Part shown: piece after piece, positions 32,874 to 41,749 of the stretch
How positions within the stretch are numbered: position 1 is the stretch's first letter
Layout: each line of letters opens with the position of its first letter
The notes under the pieces: model-generated
The model's input: the letters and a program-made list of their open reading frames with translations, nothing else
Databases searched by the model: none
Told to the model about the DNA's origin: nothing
DNA from: an uncultured Bacilli bacterium
GTDB lineage: Bacteria; Bacillota_I; Bacilli_A; RF39; UBA660
Assembly (NCBI GenBank): GCA_947589435.1
Contig: CANQBI010000001.1
Span: 12,740 to 76,739, forward strand
Reading direction: 5' to 3'
DNA: 64,000 nt
Made by a program: the position numbers and the translations under genes

Positions 32874-33596
32874 TTATCTATTTTTAGGAGTATCTTGATA
32901 ATATGTATCTATTATTTTAGGAAAATATCCTGTTATTTCAGTAATAAATTTTTTAGATAATCCTAAATCTTTTAAACCTTTAACATAAAGTTCTTCATTA
33001 TATTTTCCATCTTTATCTTTAAAATAATAATTTTTTTCTAACATTTGAACTATCCGATATATTATATTTTGGGGAATATAGCCCATATAATTTTGATTAA
33101 AGAAAAAAATATTTTTAACATAATATATATATGCTTCTCTACTTAACAATGGTTGATATCTTTCTTCTTCTCTTTTAATAAAACTTAAATAATCTTCTCT
33201 TACTTCCCATACCTTTTTAGTATAGTACTCTAACATTTGAACTTCACTCCAAATGGCCGTTAGTAAATCTTTATTCGTACAGTTATTATTAAATGTAATA
33301 ATTACTTCTTTTCCTTCCGGAAAAGCTTTGTTAATACAATTAACTCTCCATATTTTACCTAAATTATAACTATCTAGAAAATTAGTAATATAATCTTTAA
33401 TTTTATCATAACGATAAGTAGTAAAATTAAATCGAATATCTCCATTTGTTAAATAGCAATTATTAACTTTATGATTATAATCATTATATTTAGATACTAA
33501 TTCTTCTAAAAATCTTTTGTATTCTAATCTTTCTTCTAAATAATCGGTATCTAATTTTTCCATTCTTAATGTTTTTATTTCATCTTCTTTTTTCAT
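32874..33596 (-). CDS. Hypothetical protein inserted between dnaN and recF
   Basis: ORF only, no recognisable domain. Occupies the slot where an S4-like yaaA usually sits. Confidence 0.4.
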   Translation of the reverse strand: MKKEDEIKTLRMEKLDTDYLEERLEYKRFLEELVSKYNDYNHKVNNCYLTNGDIRFNFTTYRYDKIKDYITNFLDSYNLGKIWRVNCINKAFPEGKEVIITFNNNCTNKDLLTAIWSEVQMLEYYTKKVWEVREDYLSFIKREEERYQPLLSREAYIYYVKNIFFFNQNYMGYIPQNIIYRIVQMLEKNYYFKDKDGKYNEELYVKGLKDLGLSKKFITEITGYFPKIIDTYYQDTPKNR

Positions 33597-33637
33597 TATA
33601 TTTCTCCTTTGGTTTAAATTTTATTATATTGTATTTA

Positions 33638-34756
33638 TTAATAAGTCTTAACTGGTAAAATAAGTTCAATTAAAGATTCATCTTCCACAGACTTAATTAA
33701 AATAGGTTTATCATCACTGTTAATAAGTAATAAAATGTTATCATCTTTAATAACTTTTAAGGCTTCAAGCATATATCTTGAAGAAAAAGCAATTTCTAAT
33801 TTTTCTTTATTACTACATTCAATATTTAATTTTTCTTCGGTTTTACCTATTTCAGAGGCACTTGATGATATAGTCATTATTTTGCCATCAATTAATACTC
33901 GCACAATATTTTTGTCTTTACTTTGAGCAAGAAGACTAGCTCTATCAACTGCATCATTAAAGGCTTTTAAATCTAAATTAATCATATAAGCAAAATCATT
34001 AGGAATAAAATGACTAGTATCTGGATATGTTCCACTTAATAAGTTAGTTTGAAATTCAATATTTTTATATTTAAATAATATCTTATTATTAAAGATGTGC
34101 ATAACCACTTCTTCATCGTCACTTAACATTTTTTCTAACTCACTAATATTTCTTCCGGGAATAACAATATTAACTGTATTATTAACAATTTTATCTAACT
34201 TAACATTTTTCTTCGCTAAACGATAAGAATCGGTGGCAATACATTCTAAAGTGTCTCCAATAATTTTTAAGTTAATCCCTGTTAATAAAGGTCTTACTTC
34301 TTGCGTTGATACGGCATAAACCGTTTCGTTGATAATACTTTTTAAAGCCTCACTTTTAATAACAATTGGTTCTTTACTTTCTTCTAAAGAAATATGGGGA
34401 TAATCATTAATATCATAACAATTTAAACTATATTCGTTATTATCAGTATAAATTTTAATTTTTGTTTCATCTTCCGTTTCAAAAGAAATAACATCAGATG
34501 GCATCTTCCTTATAATATCTAAAATAAACTTACTTTGAATAATAATCTTTCCTGTACTTTCTATCTTTTTAATTTCTTTACTCGAAATAATCTCTCTTAT
34601 GGTAAGTTCCGAATCACTAGCCATTAAACTTAACCCATCTTCGGTAAGTTCAAACTTAATTCCATTAAGTATTGGAATAGTTGTTCTAGTTCCAATTGCT
34701 TTGGTTACATTGCTTAAAGCTTCAAGTAAAATATTCTTATCAATAACAAATTTCAT
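33638..34756 (-). CDS. dnaN: DNA polymerase III beta sliding clamp
   Basis: 372 aa, three-domain beta-clamp pattern. Directly downstream of dnaA. Confidence 0.9.
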   Translation of the reverse strand: MKFVIDKNILLEALSNVTKAIGTRTTIPILNGIKFELTEDGLSLMASDSELTIREIISSKEIKKIESTGKIIIQSKFILDIIRKMPSDVISFETEDETKIKIYTDNNEYSLNCYDINDYPHISLEESKEPIVIKSEALKSIINETVYAVSTQEVRPLLTGINLKIIGDTLECIATDSYRLAKKNVKLDKIVNNTVNIVIPGRNISELEKMLSDDEEVVMHIFNNKILFKYKNIEFQTNLLSGTYPDTSHFIPNDFAYMINLDLKAFNDAVDRASLLAQSKDKNIVRVLIDGKIMTISSSASEIGKTEEKLNIECSNKEKLEIAFSSRYMLEALKVIKDDNILLLINSDDKPILIKSVEDESLIELILPVKTY

Positions 34757-34873
34757 AAATCTTTCCTTCTTTCTTTTTATTATTAATATTATTGTTATTA
34801 TAGTGTTTAAAATGTTGATAATTGTTAATTATTTTAAAATTCCTTTTAAATTCGGTTATTTTTCTAAACTTGT

Positions 34874-36229
34874 TTATAACTTTGATTTAATATCTTTTAA
34901 CAAGTTATCTAAATTATGATTATTTTTTAAATCATTTTTGATTTTCTCACAACTAGCTACAACTGTGGAATGATCTCGGCCTCCAAATTCTAAACCAATT
35001 TTAGCTAGATTTTCTTCGGTTTCTATTCGACATAAGTACATGGCAATATGTCTGGGTCTTGCAATATTATTACTTCTTCTTTTACTTTTTAAATCCTCAA
35101 CAGTTATTTTAAAGTAATCAGCCACCACTTTTTGAATATGGGATATCGTATTTTCTTGATATATATTGGTACTTACATAATCTTTTAAAGCTTCGACCGC
35201 AAAATCTAAGTTAATAACCTCGGGAGCCATCATGGCGGTATAAGCAAGTAATCTATTAATAGTGCCTTCAATGTGTCTTACATCATTCGGACAAGCATTA
35301 GCAATATATTCGATAACATCTTTATTTATCTTATCTTTAATTGAAGAATTTTTTAATTTCTGTTTAATTATTTCACATCTTAGTTCAAATTCCGGTGGAC
35401 AAATATCTACCGGAAGTCCCCAGGCAAACCGACTTTGGAGTCTTTCCTCAATCTTTTTTAAATCATCCGGGCTCCGGTCACTCGATATAATAATCTGTTT
35501 ATTGGCTTGATTTAAAGCTTCAAAAGTGTGGAAAAATTCTTGTTGAGTTTTCTCTGCTCCCACTAGAAACTGGATATCATCGATGATTAAGACATCAACA
35601 TTGCGATATTTATTTTTAAAGTTATTGGCATATTGAATACTTTCTTTGCCATTTTCCATCTTGGAAATACCCGTATATTCATCCCTAAAATCACTACTGG
35701 TAGTATATAAAACTTTTTTATTGGAATGTTCTGTTATATAGTTACCTATTGCATGCATTAAATGCGTTTTCCCAAGACCACTTCTTCCATATATAAATAA
35801 AGGATTCCTTGTTGTTCCCGGAGCTTGAGCCACATTCATTGCGGAAATAAAGGCTAGTCTATTGGATTCTCCCACTACAAAGTTATCAAAATTAAGGTTA
35901 GGATTTAAATTCGTATTCCACTCGATTGTTTGATATTCTTCCTCAATTGCTTCTTCTAAAGTTTTATTATTTTCTTCTTGGATTTCTTCATCGGTTAAAA
36001 ATTTAAAATTATAATTAATTCCTGTTAAGGAATATAAAGTATCATTAAGTAAATCAATATATTGTAATTTAAGTATTTGTTTATGAATCGCTAAAGGTAC
36101 TTTGATAACAATATCTTTGTCATCCATACTGATAAGTTCTAAACCCTTAAACCAGGTGGCAAAAGAAGTTGGACTTACATCTTGTTCAAGTTCTTTTAAC
36201 AAATCTTTAAATACATCTTGAGTTTTCAA
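34874..36229 (-). CDS. dnaA: Chromosomal replication initiator DnaA
   Basis: GRSGLGKTHL Walker A. AAA+ box VII. C-terminal DNA-binding helix (RPRHIAMYLCR, GGRDHSTV). Confidence 0.95.
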   Translation of the reverse strand: MKTQDVFKDLLKELEQDVSPTSFATWFKGLELISMDDKDIVIKVPLAIHKQILKLQYIDLLNDTLYSLTGINYNFKFLTDEEIQEENNKTLEEAIEEEYQTIEWNTNLNPNLNFDNFVVGESNRLAFISAMNVAQAPGTTRNPLFIYGRSGLGKTHLMHAIGNYITEHSNKKVLYTTSSDFRDEYTGISKMENGKESIQYANNFKNKYRNVDVLIIDDIQFLVGAEKTQQEFFHTFEALNQANKQIIISSDRSPDDLKKIEERLQSRFAWGLPVDICPPEFELRCEIIKQKLKNSSIKDKINKDVIEYIANACPNDVRHIEGTINRLLAYTAMMAPEVINLDFAVEALKDYVSTNIYQENTISHIQKVVADYFKITVEDLKSKRRSNNIARPRHIAMYLCRIETEENLAKIGLEFGGRDHSTVVASCEKIKNDLKNNHNLDNLLKDIKSKL

Positions 36230-36606
36230 CTTACCTCACCCCGCTATCATACCTATCCCAAAATAATTGTAACATTAAACCAAATTTAATAAAAGAATAA
36301 TTTGCATTGTTAATAGTTATCCACAAGTTTTCCACCTAATTTTCTTTGATAAAATCTATCATACACAAAGTTATCAACATTTTCAACATTTTTTTGTTAA
36401 CTTTTTAACTTATCAACATGTTAATAAATTATTTAGGTTTGTTAATAATGTTGAAAACTTAATTTATATAGGATATACCTATGTTATCTTATGATATTTG
36501 CAAACAAATTAAAAACTTTTAGGTGTTAATAATTAAAATATCCATTGTTTTTTCCACATTTTAGTTATAAAATAGTTAACTATTAAAGTTAAAAAGAGGG
36601 ACTAAT
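36230..36606. promoter_or_regulatory. oriC / dnaA promoter region with a DnaA-box cluster
   Basis: Perfect DnaA box TTATCCACA at 36316..36324. Near-consensus boxes TTTTCCACC (36327), TTATCAACA (36371 and 36410), TTTTCCACA (36550). Very AT-rich. Coincides with the global gene-strand switch. Confidence 0.8.
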
Positions 36607-38469
36607 ATGGATGAACTTAAAATAATTAAGAAAAAATATGGCGAAGAAATGATGCATTATATTAGAGATAACTTTGCTAGTATATTAGAAAAAAATGGCC
36701 AAATGCTTAATCTTTTAACTAATCATTTTAATGAAAGTCATAGTCTATATGAAGATCTATATAATAATGGTTTACGATATAATTTTAAAGAATACATCTA
36801 TAGTTTAACAGATGAATCAAAGCCCAAAAAAATTGAAAAAGATTTAAAGTCGCCAAAAGAATTACTAGAGTCAGTTGGATATGATTTATATGAGTGTAAG
36901 AGTGAAGAAGATATTCAAAAGTTTAAAAAGTATTATGCTCATGGTGAAGAGTTATGTACTTTTAATGGGGGAAGATTAGAAAGATGTTATGTATTTTTTG
37001 CGGTTAAAAAGAATGTTTTAGATATTAAAAGAGAAAACTTTCCTAATCCCCAAAGACAAGATGCCTATGGCACAAGCATCTTAAGTATTCAATTTGATCG
37101 AACTGTATCTCATAGATTATCTATTAAAAATCGCTATAATCATCATGTCAATAATCCGGATAGTACTTTTTCCAATAATTTAGATAATATAGTAGAAGGT
37201 TTAACAGCAGCTTTTGCTAAATACTATGGTTTAAAACAAGAAATTAAAAGTTCTAATTTTGAAATAAATGGTTATGTTAGAGCGAGTGATGGTAAATTTT
37301 ATAAATATAATCTTGAAATAGATAATGTTTATTACTGTCCCGATAATATAATAATTAAAAATGATGGTAATGTTAAGAAATATCCTAAAGAAAAGTATCT
37401 TATTTTTGATTATTTTATTTTAAATTTAGAAACTAAAAAAATTGAAAGTTATACTAGTGAAAATGATGGGTTTATCCATAGCTTAGGTAAAATAAAAAAA
37501 ATTACAATAACCAATAAAAAAGATTATAAGGAATTATTAATATATAATGAAGATGGCTTTGAAATAACAATTAATTTAGATAAAAATAACAGTATTATAA
37601 TGGTTGATAATTCCTATGTTAAAGAAATAAAGGAAAATTATTTGTTATATAATTATAGATGTCAAAAAATATATCTTTCTAATGTTAAAAAGATAAGTTC
37701 TAATTTTATGAAAGCAAACCTAGATTTAGAAGAAATATTTTTACCAAAATGTGAAACTATAACTGATGACTTTTTACATAATAATTTAAAATTAAAAACC
37801 TTTTATTTTCCTAATGTAACTTTTATTGGCAATAATTTTTTAAAATTCAATAGTATTATAGAGGACATTTCTTTACCAATATGTAAAACTATTAAAAATG
37901 ATTTTTTATATTTTAATACTGATTGTAAAAAAATAGATATGCCTATGTTGGAAACAGTAGAAAGAAATTTTATGATGTATAATAAAGAATTAGAAACAAT
38001 AAATTTGCCATCTTTAGTTTCGACTGATCGAAATTTTTTATGTTCTAATATTATTTGTAAAAAGATAAATATGCCTAAGTTAGAAACAATAGGCAAAAAC
38101 TTTATGAGTGATAATAAATGTTTAGAAGTTATAAGTCTTCCTTCTTTAAAATATATATGTGAACATTTTTTATATAATATAGAGGAAATTAAAATCTTAT
38201 ATCTGCCGGATGTTTACTATATTTTTGGTAATATTTTAGGATGTTCTAAAATAGAAGCAGCTATCCTTCCTAATCTTATATCTATATCATCTTATCCACA
38301 ATTTTTTGAAATAACCAAATATTTATATGCTCCCAAGTTAGAAAAAGTTTCTGATATTTCATTTTTTAAAAATACACAATATTGTTATACACCACTTTTA
38401 AAAGAATTTTGTAATACCGAAGATATAATTTTAGAAAGTAATCAAATAAAATTAAAAAGATGTAAGTGA
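36607..38469 (+). CDS. Leucine-rich-repeat (BspA/LRR_5-like) protein with a unique 340-aa N-terminal domain and no signal peptide
   Basis: C-terminal half made of about 22-23-aa repeats (L..I.LP.L..I...FL..N..L). No N-terminal hydrophobic segment. Confidence 0.6.
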   Translation: MDELKIIKKKYGEEMMHYIRDNFASILEKNGQMLNLLTNHFNESHSLYEDLYNNGLRYNFKEYIYSLTDESKPKKIEKDLKSPKELLESVGYDLYECKSEEDIQKFKKYYAHGEELCTFNGGRLERCYVFFAVKKNVLDIKRENFPNPQRQDAYGTSILSIQFDRTVSHRLSIKNRYNHHVNNPDSTFSNNLDNIVEGLTAAFAKYYGLKQEIKSSNFEINGYVRASDGKFYKYNLEIDNVYYCPDNIIIKNDGNVKKYPKEKYLIFDYFILNLETKKIESYTSENDGFIHSLGKIKKITITNKKDYKELLIYNEDGFEITINLDKNNSIIMVDNSYVKEIKENYLLYNYRCQKIYLSNVKKISSNFMKANLDLEEIFLPKCETITDDFLHNNLKLKTFYFPNVTFIGNNFLKFNSIIEDISLPICKTIKNDFLYFNTDCKKIDMPMLETVERNFMMYNKELETINLPSLVSTDRNFLCSNIICKKINMPKLETIGKNFMSDNKCLEVISLPSLKYICEHFLYNIEEIKILYLPDVYYIFGNILGCSKIEAAILPNLISISSYPQFFEITKYLYAPKLEKVSDISFFKNTQYCYTPLLKEFCNTEDIILESNQIKLKRCK

Positions 38470-38493
38470 TATGAGTAAAATTCCTTTATTTTC

Positions 38494-38523
38494 TTGACAT
38501 TATCCTCTTTTTAATATTATAAT
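38494..38523 (+). promoter_or_regulatory. Sigma-A-type promoter for rpmH-rnpA (TTGACA, about 18 bp spacer, TATAAT)
   Basis: TTGACA at 38494..38499 and TATAAT at 38518..38523, about 33 bp upstream of the rpmH start. Confidence 0.6.
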
Positions 38524-38555
38524 AAGGACGCTTACTGAAAGAAAGAGGTGGAATA

Positions 38556-38679
38556 CATGAAAAGAACATATCAACCAAATAATCGCAAAAAAGCTAAAAA
38601 GCACGGATTCTTTGCTCGTAAAGGTACAAAGATTATTAATAATCGTCGTAAGAAAGGTCGTAAGGAATTAACAAAATAG
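38556..38679 (+). CDS. rpmH: 50S ribosomal protein L34. Reading frame as given appears interrupted by a 1-nt insertion.
   Basis: ATG AAA AGA ACA TAT CAA CCA AAT AAA gives MKRTYQPNK. The sequence then reads aaaTcgc, where aaaCGC (K-R) is expected, and in that frame a TAA follows after a few codons. The downstream frame encodes [31 protein letters not shown], the normal L34 C-terminal portion. Confidence 0.6.
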
Positions 38680-38701
38680 TTTCTTACGGGTTTTTTTAAT
38701 T

Positions 38702-39040
38702 ATGAAAAAAAGAGATGTTGTAAAATCTAATCTTTTATTTAATGATATAATTAATAAAGGTCATAAATTAAGTAATGAATATTTTATCATTTGTCGTATG
38801 AAAAAAGATAAAGAAGCAAATAACTATGGTATTGCGGTGGGTAAAAAGATTGGTAATGCCGTAATGCGTAATCATGTTAAAAGACAAGTGCGAAATATTA
38901 TTACGCATAATATGGAGGTATTTCCAAAATTTCATAATTATATTATAATAGTAAAGAAAGAAGTATTAAATATTCCTTACGATAAAATGGAAACAATGCT
39001 TGTTAATTTAGTTAAAAAGGAGAATACTTATGAAAAATAA
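38702..39040 (+). CDS. rnpA: Ribonuclease P protein component
   Basis: Basic 112-aa protein immediately after rpmH. RNR-like motif region (VGKKIGNAVMRNHVKRQVRN). Confidence 0.9.
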   Translation: MKKRDVVKSNLLFNDIINKGHKLSNEYFIICRMKKDKEANNYGIAVGKKIGNAVMRNHVKRQVRNIITHNMEVFPKFHNYIIIVKKEVLNIPYDKMETMLVNLVKKENTYEK

Positions 39041-40076
39041 AATATTAGTTTTAATAATGATGGTGTTACTAGTTTCTGGGTGTGGCGCTAATGATTATAT
39101 AAAAGATAAGGATAATCATATTGTCGTTTATGAAGAAACAGGACAAAATTTACCTAATAATATATTATGTAAACCAGAAGAAGGAACAGACCTATATAAT
39201 CTTTATTTAGAACACGATAAGGAACTTAAAATATCTTTAAAGAAATTACCAAGTTGTCGTGATTTTAAAATAACTTCCAATAAAACTACTAGTATTTGGG
39301 AATTGTTATTTGTAAAACCTTTAGCCTTCTTAATTTTAAAACTAGGGGGACTTGTAAAAAACATGGGTATTTCCTTAATTTTAGTGGGTTTACTTATCAG
39401 AGTTATTTTACTGCCATTCTCTTATAAAACCCATAAACAAAGTAAGAATATGCAAAAGGTTAATCGAGAGATGCAAAAGTTAGAATATAAGTATCGCGGA
39501 AGAGAAGACAGGGATTCCATGATGATGAAAAGTCAAGAAATGATGGCGATTTATAAAAAATATAATGTGAAGCCAATGTCTGGTTGCTTAGTCGCATTCT
39601 TACAACTTCCTTTGTTCTTTGCTTTTCTTCAAGCCATTAATAGAGTACCAGCCATCTTTGAAGATAAACTTCTAGGCTTTAACTTGGGCATGACGCCTTA
39701 TGTTGGATTATCTAATGGTAATTACTTATATATTTTATTAATTATTCTTATTGCTTTATCAACATATTTCTCATTTAAGTATTCGATGAGTGCGGCAGGA
39801 GCCATGAACCAAACACCAGAAGCAAAAAGTCAAATGAAGATGATGACTAATATTATGGTGGTAATTATCGTAGTAACATCATTCTCTCTAACAACAGCGT
39901 TATCATTCTACTGGATTGTTACTTACGCATTTATAGCTATTCAGACATTTATCTTTAAGTGGTTATCCGGTGATATAAAAAGAAAACCTAAAAAAGATGA
40001 TAAAGATGATAAAAAGAATAAGAAGATAAAAGAAAAATTAGAAGTTAAAAGAGGTCTTAAATATGGAAATAATTAA
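39030..40076 (+). CDS. yidC: Membrane protein insertase YidC/OxaA (lipoprotein type)
   Basis: Lipobox LVSGCG. Conserved TM helices (MQKLQP-like region KNMQKVNREMQKLEYKY). Lys-rich C-tail. Confidence 0.9.
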   Translation: MKNKILVLIMMVLLVSGCGANDYIKDKDNHIVVYEETGQNLPNNILCKPEEGTDLYNLYLEHDKELKISLKKLPSCRDFKITSNKTTSIWELLFVKPLAFLILKLGGLVKNMGISLILVGLLIRVILLPFSYKTHKQSKNMQKVNREMQKLEYKYRGREDRDSMMMKSQEMMAIYKKYNVKPMSGCLVAFLQLPLFFAFLQAINRVPAIFEDKLLGFNLGMTPYVGLSNGNYLYILLIILIALSTYFSFKYSMSAAGAMNQTPEAKSQMKMMTNIMVVIIVVTSFSLTTALSFYWIVTYAFIAIQTFIFKWLSGDIKRKPKKDDKDDKKNKKIKEKLEVKRGLKYGNN

Positions 40077-40671
40077 AAAAGAAGGAAAAGAATTAGAAAG
40101 TATATTAGAGAGTATTTGTGAAGAATACAAGGTTAGTAAAGATGATTTTTACTATCATTATACTGAAAGTAAAACCGGTTTGTTTGGAAAAAACAGTGTT
40201 ATTAATGTGGAAGTAATCTTAAAAAGTGAGTTACTTAACTTTATTAAAGAATATTTAGAAGAACTCCTTACTAATATGGGACTTAATGTTAATTTTGAAA
40301 GCAAACTAAGAGAAGATGTTATGTATGTTAAGATTTATTCCGATAATAACCCAGTTCTAATTGGAAAAGGTGGTAATACTTTAAAAGCCTTAGAAAATAT
40401 TGTCAGACAAAAAGTTAATACCGAATTTGGGGTTAGACCATATATTTCCTTAGATGTAGAAAATTATCGCGAAAAACAACAAAAAAGAATTGAAAGACTT
40501 GCGAAGAATATAGCAAGAGAAGTAGCAAGAACCAAAGTAGAAGTTCACCTAGATAATATGAATGCTTACGAAAGAAGAATTGTTCATAACATTTTAACTA
40601 ATTTCAAAGGCGTTAAAACCGAAAGTACTGGCGAAGAACCAAATCGACATGTAATAATTAAACCAGAATAG
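40063..40671 (+). CDS. jag: Jag/KhpB RNA-binding protein (KH plus R3H domains)
   Basis: C-terminal R3H motif (MNAYERRIVHNIL). Position after yidC. Confidence 0.85.
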   Translation: MEIIKKEGKELESILESICEEYKVSKDDFYYHYTESKTGLFGKNSVINVEVILKSELLNFIKEYLEELLTNMGLNVNFESKLREDVMYVKIYSDNNPVLIGKGGNTLKALENIVRQKVNTEFGVRPYISLDVENYREKQQKRIERLAKNIAREVARTKVEVHLDNMNAYERRIVHNILTNFKGVKTESTGEEPNRHVIIKPE

Positions 40672-40732
40672 TAAGATTTAGGGGGATTTATGAAAAAAAA
40701 GATTTTTTAAAAATAATAAATTAACTAAAATT

Positions 40733-41071
40733 ATGAGTATTATAGCAGGCTTATATTTTGCTGGTATATTAATACTAGAACCCACAACAATAACTATCAT
40801 GATGGGAATTATTGGGGGTGCTACACTTGTGGCAAGTGGAATTTATATGGATTCGGTTAAAAATAAAAAAATTTTAGAAAATGTTAGTAAAAATATTTCG
40901 GATAGTAGTTATTTAAAAGAAAATGATTTAAATATAAATTTCGAATATGAAAGACAACAAACAAAAACAAAAGAAAATTTTTATAGTATTGATATTAATA
41001 AATTAGGATTTGGAACAAATGAAATTGTTTCAAATAAAGAAGAAGGAAAACAACTAGTTAGAAAAAGATAA
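40733..41071 (+). CDS. Hypothetical small membrane protein
   Basis: Two N-terminal TM helices. Part of a three-gene insertion between jag and mnmE. Confidence 0.4.
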   Translation: MSIIAGLYFAGILILEPTTITIMMGIIGGATLVASGIYMDSVKNKKILENVSKNISDSSYLKENDLNINFEYERQQTKTKENFYSIDINKLGFGTNEIVSNKEEGKQLVRKR

Positions 41072-41108
41072 TTAAAAAATATAAAATATAATTGATTGGG
41101 GTTTTATA

Positions 41109-41669
41109 ATGGAGGAAAAAGAAATAACTAAAATTGAAAAATTTAAAAAAATACCAACATTAAGTAATGAAGAATATCAGTTATTTTTATCAAAAGAATA
41201 TGAAAATTGGTATTATGAATTTATTTCGTATGCTATTAAATGTATATCATTTAATTTTAAGACCCAACATATGAATTTTTGGTTTATAGAATGTGATAAT
41301 AAAAAAGTAAAAAAAGAAGATATTAAAAATGTAATTTTATTGTTAAGTGTTTATTTAAATTACTGTAATGATAAACATATTGATATTCATTATGGCTATG
41401 ATAAATTAAACCAAATATCTTATAATAATGTTTGCTATTTTAAAGAAAATAATCAATATTTTAGATTTAATAGAGAAATGTTTTTAAATATTGATCCATA
41501 TGAAGAACTCTATTCTATGTCTTTTTGTGATAGTAAACACGTGAATGAAGAACAAGTGATTACATTTGATATGCTGCAAAGTTATGTTTTAGAAAAAGTA
41601 GTTCAACTTGAAGATACTCTAGATTCAACTTCTTCAAAAACTCTTACTAAAAAATGTAAGATATACTGA
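41109..41669 (+). CDS. Hypothetical protein
   Basis: ORF only. Confidence 0.4.
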   Translation: MEEKEITKIEKFKKIPTLSNEEYQLFLSKEYENWYYEFISYAIKCISFNFKTQHMNFWFIECDNKKVKKEDIKNVILLLSVYLNYCNDKHIDIHYGYDKLNQISYNNVCYFKENNQYFRFNREMFLNIDPYEELYSMSFCDSKHVNEEQVITFDMLQSYVLEKVVQLEDTLDSTSSKTLTKKCKIY

Positions 41670-41749
41670 AAATAGAAGAAATTAAAGTAAAACTTGGTGT
41701 CAAATCAAGTTTTTTTAATCTAAAAAAGACGTTTTTATGATATGATAAA

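Noticed and set aside
34757-34873. Second DnaA-box cluster or DUE in the dnaA-dnaN intergenic region
   Set aside because: Only one near-consensus box (TGTTGATAA) seen. The AT-richness is not distinctive in this genome. Left as part of the general origin-region comment.
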